This document shows positions 40,169-49,406 of a stretch of 64,000 nucleotides of DNA, piece by piece; the first letter of the stretch is position 1; each line of letters starts with the position of its first letter. The position numbers were made by a program, and so were the translations under genes. The DNA comes from Candidatus Multivoradales bacterium (lineage in GTDB: Bacteria; Acidobacteriota; Thermoanaerobaculia; Multivoradales; JAHEKO01). Location: assembly GCA_965223155.1 (NCBI GenBank), contig CBDCVR010000014.1, positions 576,001 through 640,000 on the forward strand, in the 5' to 3' direction. Below the pieces are notes generated by a model. The model worked only from the letters and a program-made list of their open reading frames with translations. It had not been told where the DNA came from and made no database searches.

Positions 40169-41251
40169 GTGCGGGAACTCACCGAACTGATCGAGGCCTG
40201 GGACGGTCTCGCCGTCCTGGCCAGGCACGACCGGCCCAGCGGCGCGTGGATGTTCATCTGCATTCACGACAACACGCTCGGCCCATCCACCGGCGGCACT
40301 CGCATGGCCGAATACGCCTCGCCCGCCGACGGCCTGCGGGACGCCATGCGCCTGTCCGAGGGCATGACCCACAAGTGGGCGGCCGTGGATCTCGGCTTCG
40401 GCGGCGCCAAGGCCGTGATCGCCGTTCCCGGACCGATGGAGGGCCGCGAGCGCCGGGAGCTGCTCGAGCGCTACGCCCGCCTGCTCGAGCTCCTGGGCGG
40501 CTCCTTTCACACCGGTGAAGATTTGGGAACGACCTCGGAGGACATGGCCTTTCTGGCCCGCCACACCCGACACATTCACGGCGTTGACCGGGACGGACGC
40601 AAGATCGACCCCAGTCCCTATACAGCCCACGGCGTTCTGACCGGCATCCAAACCTCCCTCGAGCGAGTCTTCGGGAATCCCTCGCCGTCGGGCCGTTTGG
40701 TCCTGATCCAGGGCGTCGGCAACGTCGGCGGGCATCTCGCCCGCATGCTGACCGCCCGGGGTGCCCTGGTGTCGGTCTTCGACGTTGACCGCGAGCGGGC
40801 GCGCACCGCGGCCAGCGAGATCGGGGTCACGGCCTTCAACGACGAAGACGTCTACTCCGCGACCTGCGACGTCTTCGCCCCGTGCGCGATCGGCGGCATC
40901 CTGGATGAGTCCACGATTGCCCGGCTCGGATGCCGGATCATCGCCGGTTCCGCCAACAACCAGCTAGCAACTCCGGCGGACGCCGCCCGCCTGCACGACC
41001 GCGGCATCCTCTACGCTCCCGACTTCATCATCAACGCCGGCGGCGCCATCTCGTTTGCTCACATCACGCGCGGCCTCTCCGACCACGACGGCTTGCTGGA
41101 CAAGGTCGCAGGCATCGGCGCCACACTCGCCGAGGTCTACCGGGACGCCGAGCAAGTTGGCGGCACCACTCTGGAAGCCGCCTCCCGAATGGTGGAGCGC
41201 AATCTAGCGCGCGGGCGCCGGCACGAAGCGGCCTCTGGCCAAGCGGACTAG
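40169..41251 (+). CDS. Leu/Phe/Val (ELFV-family) amino acid dehydrogenase
   Basis: LGPSTGGTRM, GMTHK, GGAKAVI, TGEDLGT, QGVGNVG, PCAIGG, GSANNQL, PDFIINAGG. Confidence 0.93.
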   Translation: MRELTELIEAWDGLAVLARHDRPSGAWMFICIHDNTLGPSTGGTRMAEYASPADGLRDAMRLSEGMTHKWAAVDLGFGGAKAVIAVPGPMEGRERRELLERYARLLELLGGSFHTGEDLGTTSEDMAFLARHTRHIHGVDRDGRKIDPSPYTAHGVLTGIQTSLERVFGNPSPSGRLVLIQGVGNVGGHLARMLTARGALVSVFDVDRERARTAASEIGVTAFNDEDVYSATCDVFAPCAIGGILDESTIARLGCRIIAGSANNQLATPADAARLHDRGILYAPDFIINAGGAISFAHITRGLSDHDGLLDKVAGIGATLAEVYRDAEQVGGTTLEAASRMVERNLARGRRHEAASGQAD

Positions 41252-41254
41252 CCC

Positions 41255-42892
41255 CTAGAGCCTGCGGGCGGTATTGATGACGTTGACGCCCGCGAAGCGG
41301 GTCGTCGGGCAGCCGTGGGACACGGCGCTGACCTGGGGAGGCTGGCCCTTGCCATCGAAGAAGGTCCCGCCCAAGCGGTAGTCCTCCGGGCCGCAGAGCT
41401 GGACGCACGAGTTCCAGAACTCCTGGGTGTTGGACTGGTAGGCGACGTCGCGCAGCATCCCCGTAATCCGGCCGTTCTGGATCTCGTAGAAGACCTGCCC
41501 GCCGAACTGGAAGTTGTACCGCTGCTGGTCGATCGAGTAGGAACCGCGTCCGCAGATGTAGATGCCCTTCTCCACGTCCTGGATCATCGCGTCCACGCCC
41601 AGGGGCTCGACGCCAGCCGCCAGCGACACGTTGGGCATGCGCTGGAACTGGACCGAATCCCAGCTATCGGCGTAGCAGCAGCCGTGAGACTCCTCTTCGT
41701 CCAGAACGTGCATCTGGTCCCGGATCGCCTGGTACCCCACCAGGGTCCCGTCCTTGACCAGGTCCCAACGCTTGGTGCGAACGCCCTCGTCATCCCAGCC
41801 CACGGCGCCGAGTGAGCCCGGCTGGGTTTTGTCGGCGAAGAAGTTGACGATGTCGCTGCCGTACCGAAATGACTTCGAGCGCCACTTGTCGAGGGTGGCG
41901 AAGCTGGTACCGGCGAAGTTGGCCTCGTACCCCAGCACGCGGTCCAGCTCTAGCGGATGGCCCACAGATTCATGGATGGTCAGGAACAGGTGGGTCGGAT
42001 CCAGCACCAGGTCGTACTTGCCCGCGGTCACGGACTTGGCCGTCAGCTTCTCGCGAGCTTGGGTCGCCGCCGCGCGGGCGTCCGCCACCATGTCGTAGCT
42101 CTTGCCATAACGCACCACCGGAACGCCCGGACTCGCGATGGTCTCCCCCGCCGCAGGGGTCATGTACTCCCAACCCAGGCCGATCGGCGTCGAGAGCGCG
42201 TTGCGGCTCTCGAACTTGCCGCTCTCCGCGTCAACGGCGGTCACGGTGAAGGTCGGCCAGATGCGGTGGATGTCCTGATCCGCGTAGGTGCCCTCGGTCG
42301 AAGCAAAGTACTTCTGTTCGTTGACCATGAAGAGATTGGAGTTGACGAAGCTGGCGCCGGCCTCGAGCGCCGCGGCGTTGACACCCAGGAGCAGCTCGAC
42401 CTTCTCGCCGATCGGAACGTCGAAGCAGCTCGTCTGGATGGGAGTCGCCCACGAAACCTCGCCGTAGCCCGGAACGGGCGCCAGCCGTACCGGCTCCCGC
42501 TGAAGCCCGGCGTTGGCCTTGGCGATCGCCACCGCCCGGCGGGCGGCCCCAGCGAGGCCGTCGCGGCTGACGTCCCGAGTCGCGGCGAATCCCCAGGTGC
42601 CGGCCGCCAGAACGCGTACCCCGGCGCCAAACGATTCGGTATCGACCACGTTCTGGACCTTGTCCTCGCGGGTGAAGACGAATTGGTTGAGGTAGCGGCC
42701 GATGCGGACGTCGACGTACGAAGCGCCAGCTCCCCGGCCCGCCTCCAGGGCGACATCGGCCAGCACCTTGCGGTCGGCGCCGGAAACGGTACGAGCTGCG
42801 GCGGCAGCCGGACTCGGCGAGGTCAAGACGCCGGGCAGGGCCAGCGCACCCAGGCCGACGCCGCTGTGCTGGAGGAATTGCCGTCGATTCAT
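41255..42892 (-). CDS. tldD: TldD-family metalloprotease with a Tat signal peptide
   Basis: MNRRQFL Tat motif; HESVGHPLELD, DDEG, QRMPNVSL, SIDQQRYNFQF, DGKGQP. Start re-called at 42892. Confidence 0.9.
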   Translation of the reverse strand: MNRRQFLQHSGVGLGALALPGVLTSPSPAAAAARTVSGADRKVLADVALEAGRGAGASYVDVRIGRYLNQFVFTREDKVQNVVDTESFGAGVRVLAAGTWGFAATRDVSRDGLAGAARRAVAIAKANAGLQREPVRLAPVPGYGEVSWATPIQTSCFDVPIGEKVELLLGVNAAALEAGASFVNSNLFMVNEQKYFASTEGTYADQDIHRIWPTFTVTAVDAESGKFESRNALSTPIGLGWEYMTPAAGETIASPGVPVVRYGKSYDMVADARAAATQAREKLTAKSVTAGKYDLVLDPTHLFLTIHESVGHPLELDRVLGYEANFAGTSFATLDKWRSKSFRYGSDIVNFFADKTQPGSLGAVGWDDEGVRTKRWDLVKDGTLVGYQAIRDQMHVLDEEESHGCCYADSWDSVQFQRMPNVSLAAGVEPLGVDAMIQDVEKGIYICGRGSYSIDQQRYNFQFGGQVFYEIQNGRITGMLRDVAYQSNTQEFWNSCVQLCGPEDYRLGGTFFDGKGQPPQVSAVSHGCPTTRFAGVNVINTARRL

Positions 42893-43062
42893 GGTGAGAT
42901 CCTCTCCGGACGGACCGGAGCGAGCGTCCAAGGAAGGCCGGAGAGCCATCACCGCGGCCGGTTTCGTCCTCGAGCCGCGACGCTACCAGACCGCGACCGA
43001 GGGTCCCGCGGACGGGCCATCAAGCCTGCAACGGGCCGCCACCGTATAGTGTCGGGAGCCGC

Positions 43063-44190
43063 ATGACGCCCCGTCCGGCACAGGCCTTACCCGGCACGAT
43101 CCTCCTCGGCTGCCTGGGCGCCGTCCTGACCTCCGGCGGCTGCCTGCCCAAGACCGTGCAGCCGTTCGACCCCGGCGCCACCGGCCGGATCGCCCGATCG
43201 GCTGACTCGCGCGCGCTCTTCCGACCGGCGCAGCGTCTCCTGTCGGCGCCCGCCATCGAGGTCCGAACCCTGCGCACCCTCGACGGCTACGAGATCACCG
43301 ACTTCGACTTTCCCTCCGTGGGCGAAAACCGCCAACCCGAGAATCGGGTAGCGGCCAGCTACTATCGGGCTGAGTCGCCGGGCAAGCGCGGCCTGGTGCT
43401 GATCCTGCCGATTTGGGGGAGCGCCACCTTTCCTTCGAACGCCCTGCGGCGCGAGCTCCAAGCGCGCGCCCTCGACCCTGGGGTCGATGTCTTGATGGTG
43501 CACGGCAAGCACTATCTCTTCGACTGGGACGGAATCGCCCTAGCCTCGTCGCCGGCGATCCTGGAGCGGCGCATCGGCCGCTCGGTCCAGGCCGTCCAGA
43601 ACACGGTTCAGGACCTGCGCCGGCTGGTGACGTGGGCACTCGACCAGAACGACGTGGATCCCGGCCGGCTGGCCATCGTCGGCTTCAGCTTCAGCGCTCT
43701 CGCCGGCGCCATGACCGTGGGACTCGACGACCGGTTGGAGACCGGAGTCTTCATCATGGGCGGTGGCGATCTTCACGAGATCTTCGCCTCCTGCTCCAGC
43801 TTCGCCGGCAAGACCCGGCGCGCGGTCCAGCGCACGCTGGGCTGGAGCGCCGACGAACTGGCGCGCCGAACGCGGGACGTGCTCGCTCCGATCAACCCCA
43901 ACCACTACGTTCGCGAGGTCGATCCGGCCGGCATCCTCCTGGTCAACGCCTCCCGCGACTTCTGCATCCCGGAGCCCGCCCGCGACGGCTTCTGGCACGC
44001 CCTCGGCCGGCCGGAGCGTATCCTGATCCAGGCCGGACACCGGCACGCGTTTTTCACCATGACGCCGCTCGGCAGGCATTGGACGACCCGCCGCGTCGCC
44101 GACTTCCTGACCGCCCGGCTGGCCGGTCCGGGATCCGGCCAGGAGCCCGATCGGCCCGGCGACGTGGTGCGGGTAGGCGGGCCCGGCTGA
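43063..44190 (+). CDS. Alpha/beta-hydrolase-fold lipoprotein
   Basis: Lipobox SGGC; nucleophile elbow VGFSFSA; acid in RDFCIP; His in AGHRH. Confidence 0.75.
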   Translation: MTPRPAQALPGTILLGCLGAVLTSGGCLPKTVQPFDPGATGRIARSADSRALFRPAQRLLSAPAIEVRTLRTLDGYEITDFDFPSVGENRQPENRVAASYYRAESPGKRGLVLILPIWGSATFPSNALRRELQARALDPGVDVLMVHGKHYLFDWDGIALASSPAILERRIGRSVQAVQNTVQDLRRLVTWALDQNDVDPGRLAIVGFSFSALAGAMTVGLDDRLETGVFIMGGGDLHEIFASCSSFAGKTRRAVQRTLGWSADELARRTRDVLAPINPNHYVREVDPAGILLVNASRDFCIPEPARDGFWHALGRPERILIQAGHRHAFFTMTPLGRHWTTRRVADFLTARLAGPGSGQEPDRPGDVVRVGGPG

Positions 44191-44267
44191 CTCGGGTCAC
44201 CCCCCCAGACGGACGACGAGATCGAGTCCCGAGGCGCCGGCGCCGAGACCTCTTGCGCGGCAGGCTG

Positions 44268-45914
44268 CTAGTGCTGCAGCTCGTCCTGGGAGACACTCCC
44301 GTCCGGCGCTCCCTGGGCCCCGGGACTCAGCAGATCGACACCGCGCGCCGACGCCGGAGGCTCGAGGCCCAGCCACGCGGCCAGGGTGGTGGCGACGTCC
44401 ACTGTCTCGACGGGCCGGTTCGACACGCCCGGCTCGAGGCCGGGCCGCCAGAAAATCAGTGGCACGTGGGTATCGTGCCGATACGGCGACCCATGGGAGC
44501 TCGGTACCCCCCGGTTCCGGAGCACGTCCTCGCGCCACTGCACCAGGAAGTCCGGACTCCTGTCCGGGTGGAAGCTCCGAGCGAAGCGGCGCTTCATGGC
44601 GGTGCCTTCGACGCCGTCGGTCAGCTCGTCCGCCGGCCAGACCCGCTCGATCGCGGCGCAGCCCTCGAGGTAGCGGCGGACGGCGGCCGACACAGCGGCT
44701 CGATCGACCGCCGGAAACTCACGCTCGTCCAAGTCGAAGAACGGCCCCGGAAGCAGCCAGTCCCGGTTGCCCAACTCCTGGCGCAGCGCGCGGTCCAGCC
44801 CCTGGACGCAGGCGATGTCTTGGGCGCTCGCCCGCCGGCCGGGAAGCCCCCGGGCCTCTTGGAGCTCCGGTACCGGCACGGCACCGTGGTCGCTGGTGAG
44901 CGCCACCCCGACCGTGTCGAGCCCAATCGTCCGGTCGAGCTCGGCGAAGAGCTCGGCCAGGAGATGGTCCAGTGCCAGCAAGACGTCCAACATTTCGCGG
45001 CTGTCCTGGCCGTATTCGTGCCCGACGTAGTCGGTGGTCGACACGGCAAGTGCAAGCAGATCGGGCGCGGCGTCCCGGCCGAGCTCTTCGGCCGCGAGTG
45101 CCGAGCGGACCAGCTCGAAGAGCTTCTCGTCCAGCCATGGCGTGTAGCGGAGATCCGAATAGACGGATTCGTCGGGAGAAAAGGTCACTCCACCCGGAGC
45201 GTGCGGAAAATCCTCCTCGAGGGGGCCCAGGTCGAAGTCGAAGACCGCTGGCGGCTCGACCGCCGCCGCGCGTTGCGATGGTCGCCACAAGCGGCCCAGA
45301 TACTCGTCAAAGGGCGCCAGGGCGTTCCAGCCTTCCAGCCAGTCCGGCCGGTCCTCACGGTAGTACGCCGACGAGACGAACGCACCCACTTCATAATCGA
45401 ACCAGTAGGCGCCGTCCGCCTTCTTGCCGCCCAAGAGGACCGCCGCGCGGTCTTTTGTCGAGAAGGCGAATACCCGGCTTCCCGAGTACCGGCGTTTCAT
45501 CCAGTCCCCGAGCGCGGTGCATTCGAGCCGGCGTGGAGAGACCTCGTACCGATCGTCACCCACCGAGTACTGAAGATCGTCATCGCCTCGACGGTAGAAA
45601 TAGTTCGCCACGACCCCGTGCTCGGCTGGATCGCACGAGCTCGCGATGGTGGCATGGCCCGGGGCCGTGGTGGTGAGCGCGTGCCCGTGATGGGCCTCGC
45701 GAAACACCCGACCTTCGTCCAGCAGCCGGCGTAGCCCGCCGTCGAAGAGCGGCGCGTGGCGGTCGAGGAGATCGGCCCCGAGCTGATCCACAACCACCAG
45801 CAGCACCAAACGAGGCGCGCCGGCAGGGGGTGCCACCGGGGGCGTACAGCTCACGAGCACAGCGGCCGCGAGCGCAGCGAGCGAGGGTCCGGTCAAACGG
45901 AGTACGGATTGCAA
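44268..45914 (-). CDS. Alkaline phosphatase superfamily protein (PafA/PhoK type), probable lipoprotein; start uncertain (TTG at 45914)
   Basis: VVVDQL, TTTAPGHATI (Thr nucleophile), STKDRAAVL, TDYVGHEYG, TSDHG, SHGSPYRHDTHVPL. Confidence 0.9.
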   Translation of the reverse strand: MQSVLRLTGPSLAALAAAVLVSCTPPVAPPAGAPRLVLLVVVDQLGADLLDRHAPLFDGGLRRLLDEGRVFREAHHGHALTTTAPGHATIASSCDPAEHGVVANYFYRRGDDDLQYSVGDDRYEVSPRRLECTALGDWMKRRYSGSRVFAFSTKDRAAVLLGGKKADGAYWFDYEVGAFVSSAYYREDRPDWLEGWNALAPFDEYLGRLWRPSQRAAAVEPPAVFDFDLGPLEEDFPHAPGGVTFSPDESVYSDLRYTPWLDEKLFELVRSALAAEELGRDAAPDLLALAVSTTDYVGHEYGQDSREMLDVLLALDHLLAELFAELDRTIGLDTVGVALTSDHGAVPVPELQEARGLPGRRASAQDIACVQGLDRALRQELGNRDWLLPGPFFDLDEREFPAVDRAAVSAAVRRYLEGCAAIERVWPADELTDGVEGTAMKRRFARSFHPDRSPDFLVQWREDVLRNRGVPSSHGSPYRHDTHVPLIFWRPGLEPGVSNRPVETVDVATTLAAWLGLEPPASARGVDLLSPGAQGAPDGSVSQDELQH

Positions 45915-45938
45915 GGGCCGCCGAGTATACCGTCGGTC

Positions 45939-45996
45939 CGGGCGCCGGCCGGGGCGCCGGCCGGGGCGCCGGCCCGGCAGCGGCCCGGCAGCGGGC
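45939..45996. repeat. Intergenic GC-rich tandem repeats: (GGGGCGCCGGCC)x3, then (CGGCAGCGGSC)x2
   Basis: Read directly from the sequence. Confidence 0.8.
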
Positions 45997-46030
45997 GGGT
46001 CGGGCAGAAGCCCGAGACGGGCCCGCCCGC

Positions 46031-47098
46031 TCACTCGACGCACTCCGACCAGTCCCGGTCCGCAAAGAGGCGGCCGCGGCGGTTGGCGTCGAGCGCCGCC
46101 AGACAGCGCACCGCGGCATAGAACCCGTCGAGTTCGCCGCCCATGGACCGGTAGACGCTCGCGAAGTCCTCGACCCGGTCCTCATAAGTCCCGAGCGCGA
46201 CCAGATCGGCGTTGTTGAGGGTCCGTCCGGACCAGGCGAGCGCCAGGGGCGAAGCGGTCTGACGGCCCAGATCCGCGAGCTCATCGCGTAGAGCCTCGAA
46301 AAGCTCGGCCTTCTGGGCGAGCTTGATCTGGTCCGAGTCAGCGGAGCCGTAGACCTCGGTCAGCGCGGCCCGAGTCGTGGCGATGGCGGCGAGCGCCGCG
46401 CGGTCCGAGCTCCAGGCCGCCTCCAGACGGCGCTGCTCCGAAACGCTGCCTCGAACCTCGAGCCAGCGCCGGACCCCTTCCCGCTCGACGAAGGTGGCAA
46501 GGGACTCGTTGAACGAGCTGTCGTCCCGGACGTAGGCCACGCCGTGGGCAAGCTCGTGGACCAGGAGCCCGGCCAGCTCGACCTCACCCAATGCCAGAAA
46601 CGTGCTGAGCAGCGGGTCTCGAAGCCAGCCCAGGGTCGAATAGGCGCGTACGCCGTCCACCGAGACGTCGAAGCCCCGGGCCTCGAGCCGGGCCGCGAAC
46701 CGACGCGCTCGCTCCTCATCAAAGAAACCCCGGTAGGAGACGCAACCCGCGATGGGAAAGCACCAGAGGCGCGGATCTAGTGACAGCTCAGGGGCCGCTA
46801 CGACGGTCCACACCACGTAGGGCCGATCCAGGGCCACGTACTTGCGGTACTTGCCGTCCACTGGCAGCGACAACTCGCCGCCGGCGAATGTCAGGATGTC
46901 CCGCGCCAGCTCCAGATGCTCGCGCAATTGCGGCGAGGTCTCGGAGTCGCCCAACAGCTTCTCGACGGTCTCGCCTCCCACCGCCAGGCGAGCGCCGCCC
47001 CAGGTGACGTGGGCGTAGTAGCCCAGGCTCGAGCAGGCACCGGTGCCCAACCAAAGCGCCAGGACGAGCGGAAGCCGAATGGCGAAGGACCCTCGCAT
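46031..47098 (-). CDS. Putative zinc aminopeptidase lipoprotein (DUF2265 type)
   Basis: Lipobox TGAC; WCFPIAGCVSYRGFF, AYSTLGW, HELAH, FNESLA. Confidence 0.9.
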   Translation of the reverse strand: MRGSFAIRLPLVLALWLGTGACSSLGYYAHVTWGGARLAVGGETVEKLLGDSETSPQLREHLELARDILTFAGGELSLPVDGKYRKYVALDRPYVVWTVVAAPELSLDPRLWCFPIAGCVSYRGFFDEERARRFAARLEARGFDVSVDGVRAYSTLGWLRDPLLSTFLALGEVELAGLLVHELAHGVAYVRDDSSFNESLATFVEREGVRRWLEVRGSVSEQRRLEAAWSSDRAALAAIATTRAALTEVYGSADSDQIKLAQKAELFEALRDELADLGRQTASPLALAWSGRTLNNADLVALGTYEDRVEDFASVYRSMGGELDGFYAAVRCLAALDANRRGRLFADRDWSECVE

Positions 47099-47242
47099 AA
47101 GCTACGGACGATTATCCTCGAAGCGGCCGCCACGAGTTCCAACGAACTCAGCCGAGTCCCACCGGATCATCCGGCCGAGGTCGATTCGGATGGGATCGCC
47201 TGGAGGACGATCGTTTCGGAGCCGAACGCGCCACGCCGAACC

Positions 47243-48343
47243 ATGCCTTCCAACCAAGCACCCAGCTCGAGCCCTCTCCCGGACGCCGCGACGATCCTGG
47301 AGCGGAATCCGAGGACCTTTGAGGCCAAGGCGATCGAGCTCGGAAGGTCCCGCGAGGGCCGTCCGGTCCTGGGGCGTGTGCTGGGACGCGGTCCGATCCA
47401 GGTGAGCTTGATCGGTGGCTGCCACGCCGACGAGCCGGTGGGGCCGGCTCTGCTCCGGCGGTTGGCGGTGGCGCTGGATCGCCTGCCCGCGGGGCACCCG
47501 ACCCTCGAGCGCTTTTCCTGGTGGATCGCTCCGCACGTCAACCCGGACGGGGAGGCCCGCAACCGCGCCTGGTGGCGGGGGGCGGCACCCGGCCCTAAAG
47601 CCCCGTACGAGCTCGATGAGTACCTGAGACTGGCGGTCCGGGAGCGGCCCGGCGACGATCTGGAATTCGGCTTTCCGGAGCCGGCCGGTGACGACTCGCG
47701 GCCGCTCCCGCCGCGGCCCGAAGCCCAAGCCATCGCCGACTTCCTCCGTCCGGGGGCGCCCTTCGCCGTCCACGGATCGTTCCACGGCATGAGCTTCGCC
47801 ACCGGCCCCTGGTTTCTGCTCGAGCCCTCCTGGAGTGAGCGGATGGCGGACTCGAGGACACGCTTGGCAAGCAGCGTCGAAGCGCTCGGCTATCGCCTCT
47901 ACGACGTGGATCGCAAGGGCGAGAAGGGCTTTCATCGCATCGCTCCGGGATTCTCGACCCGGCCCGATTCGGGCGCCATGGGCCGCTACTTCCTGGAGGC
48001 TGGGGATCCGGACGAGGCGGCCAAGTTCCGGCCCAGCTCGATGGAGTTCGTGTGCGGTCTGGGCGGCGATCCGCTCACCTTCGTCACCGAGATGCCCCTC
48101 TTCCTCTGGTCGCCCGACCGGCCGGGCCGCCGACCGGGTCCGATAGAGCCGTCCGAGGCCGCCGCCGTCCGCTCCCGGTTGGCACTGGCGGCGCGGGCCG
48201 GCCGCCAAGGGCTTGCCGCCGTCGCTCGGGACCTCGCCATCCGGCCCATGCCCGTCCACGACCAGATGACCCTCCAGCTGGCCCTTCTGGAGGAGGCTGT
48301 GGCGTTGGCGGCCCGGATCGAAACCGGCTCCAGAACAGGTTGA
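47243..48343 (+). CDS. M14 zinc carboxypeptidase-like protein; start probably ATG 47243
   Basis: LGRSREGRP, GGCHADEPVG, HVNPDGEARN, SFHGM. Confidence 0.82.
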   Translation: MPSNQAPSSSPLPDAATILERNPRTFEAKAIELGRSREGRPVLGRVLGRGPIQVSLIGGCHADEPVGPALLRRLAVALDRLPAGHPTLERFSWWIAPHVNPDGEARNRAWWRGAAPGPKAPYELDEYLRLAVRERPGDDLEFGFPEPAGDDSRPLPPRPEAQAIADFLRPGAPFAVHGSFHGMSFATGPWFLLEPSWSERMADSRTRLASSVEALGYRLYDVDRKGEKGFHRIAPGFSTRPDSGAMGRYFLEAGDPDEAAKFRPSSMEFVCGLGGDPLTFVTEMPLFLWSPDRPGRRPGPIEPSEAAAVRSRLALAARAGRQGLAAVARDLAIRPMPVHDQMTLQLALLEEAVALAARIETGSRTG

Positions 48344-48387
48344 CAACCCCTGAGTCTCTATATATCCTTTCATCCGGATGAACGGAT
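48340..48387 (+). promoter_or_regulatory. sahR-ahcY promoter (TTGACA-17 bp-TATCCT) with a 24-bp palindromic operator ATCCTTTCATCCGGATGAACGGAT (48364-48387)
   Basis: Consensus -35 box with correct spacing. The near-perfect palindrome covers the -10 box, the expected start site and the ATG. Confidence 0.8.
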
Positions 48388-49373
48388 TAAACTCTTCCGA
48401 GCTCTCCGACGCAGGCATTTTGAGCCGCATGAACGTTCTGGGCGACCCGGTTCGCTGCCGGCTGCTCTTGCTGTGCGAGAGCCAGCCGCTCCGCGTCTCG
48501 GAGCTCTGCGACGTCGTCCAGCTTCCCCAGTCGACCGTCAGCCGGCACTTGAAGACGCTGTCCGAGGACGGCTGGCTGGAGTCGACGAAGGACGGCACCA
48601 GCCGGCGCTACTCGGCCCGCGATCTCAGCCCGGGGCCGGCACTCGAACTCTGGCATATCGTCCGCTCCGAGCTTGCCGACAGCGCCCGCGCCCGCGAGGA
48701 CTTGCGCCGGCTGGGAGGGGTCCTGGCTCGCCGCAAGAGCCGTTCGCAGCAGTTCTTCTCGTCCTCGGCCGGCCGCTGGACCGAGCTTCGCAAGGAGCTC
48801 TTCGGCCAGCGTTTCGACCTCGAGGCGGCTCTGGCCTTCTTGGACGAGAGCTGGGCGGTCGGCGACTTCGGCTGCGGCACCGGCAATCTGGCCGCGGCCC
48901 TCGCGCCGCACGTCCGCCGGGTCGTGGCGGTCGATGAGTCGCCCGAGATGCTGGCCGCCGCCGGCGAGCGCCTGGCGAGCTTCGCCAACGTCGAGGTGCT
49001 GGAAGGCACGCTCGAGAAGCTGCCCGTCGTCGACGGAGCGCTCGACGCCGCCGCCATTGTCCTGGTGTTGCACCACCTGGAAGACCCGGCCGCGGCTCTA
49101 TCCGGAGCCGTGCGCACGCTACGAGCCGGCGGCCACCTGCTCGTGGTGGACATGCTGCCGCACGAGCGCGCCGAGTTCCGGATCGAGATGGGCCACGTCT
49201 GGATGGGCTTCGGCGAGGAGCAGATTCGGGAGTGGCTGGACGAAGCCGGGCTCGAACGAGTCCGCATCCGGACGCTCACCGGACGGCCGGAGGCCAACGG
49301 CCCTTCCCTCTTCGTGGCCCGCGGCACGAAGACCACGAAACCCGACACTTCCGAGAATCGATCGAATCAATAG
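48378..49373 (+). CDS. sahR: ArsR HTH plus SAM-methyltransferase-fold regulator (SahR-like)
   Basis: LGDPVRCRLL...QSTVSRHLKTL; DFGCGTG, LVLHHLEDP, GHVWMGF; directly upstream of ahcY. Confidence 0.88.
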   Translation: MNGLNSSELSDAGILSRMNVLGDPVRCRLLLLCESQPLRVSELCDVVQLPQSTVSRHLKTLSEDGWLESTKDGTSRRYSARDLSPGPALELWHIVRSELADSARAREDLRRLGGVLARRKSRSQQFFSSSAGRWTELRKELFGQRFDLEAALAFLDESWAVGDFGCGTGNLAAALAPHVRRVVAVDESPEMLAAAGERLASFANVEVLEGTLEKLPVVDGALDAAAIVLVLHHLEDPAAALSGAVRTLRAGGHLLVVDMLPHERAEFRIEMGHVWMGFGEEQIREWLDEAGLERVRIRTLTGRPEANGPSLFVARGTKTTKPDTSENRSNQ

Positions 49374-49406
49374 ACCGGAGATACCGATCCCGAAAAGGAG
49401 ACTTCG

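Noticed and set aside
45939-45996. CRISPR array or iterons at the tandem repeats (also 10024-10066 and 27181-27245)
   Set aside because: Units are 10-14 bp with no unique spacers, and no cas or rep genes are present.
49374-49406. SAM/SAH riboswitch upstream of ahcY
   Set aside because: Only 33 bp separate sahR from ahcY, and sahR itself appears nearly leaderless, so there is no room for an aptamer.
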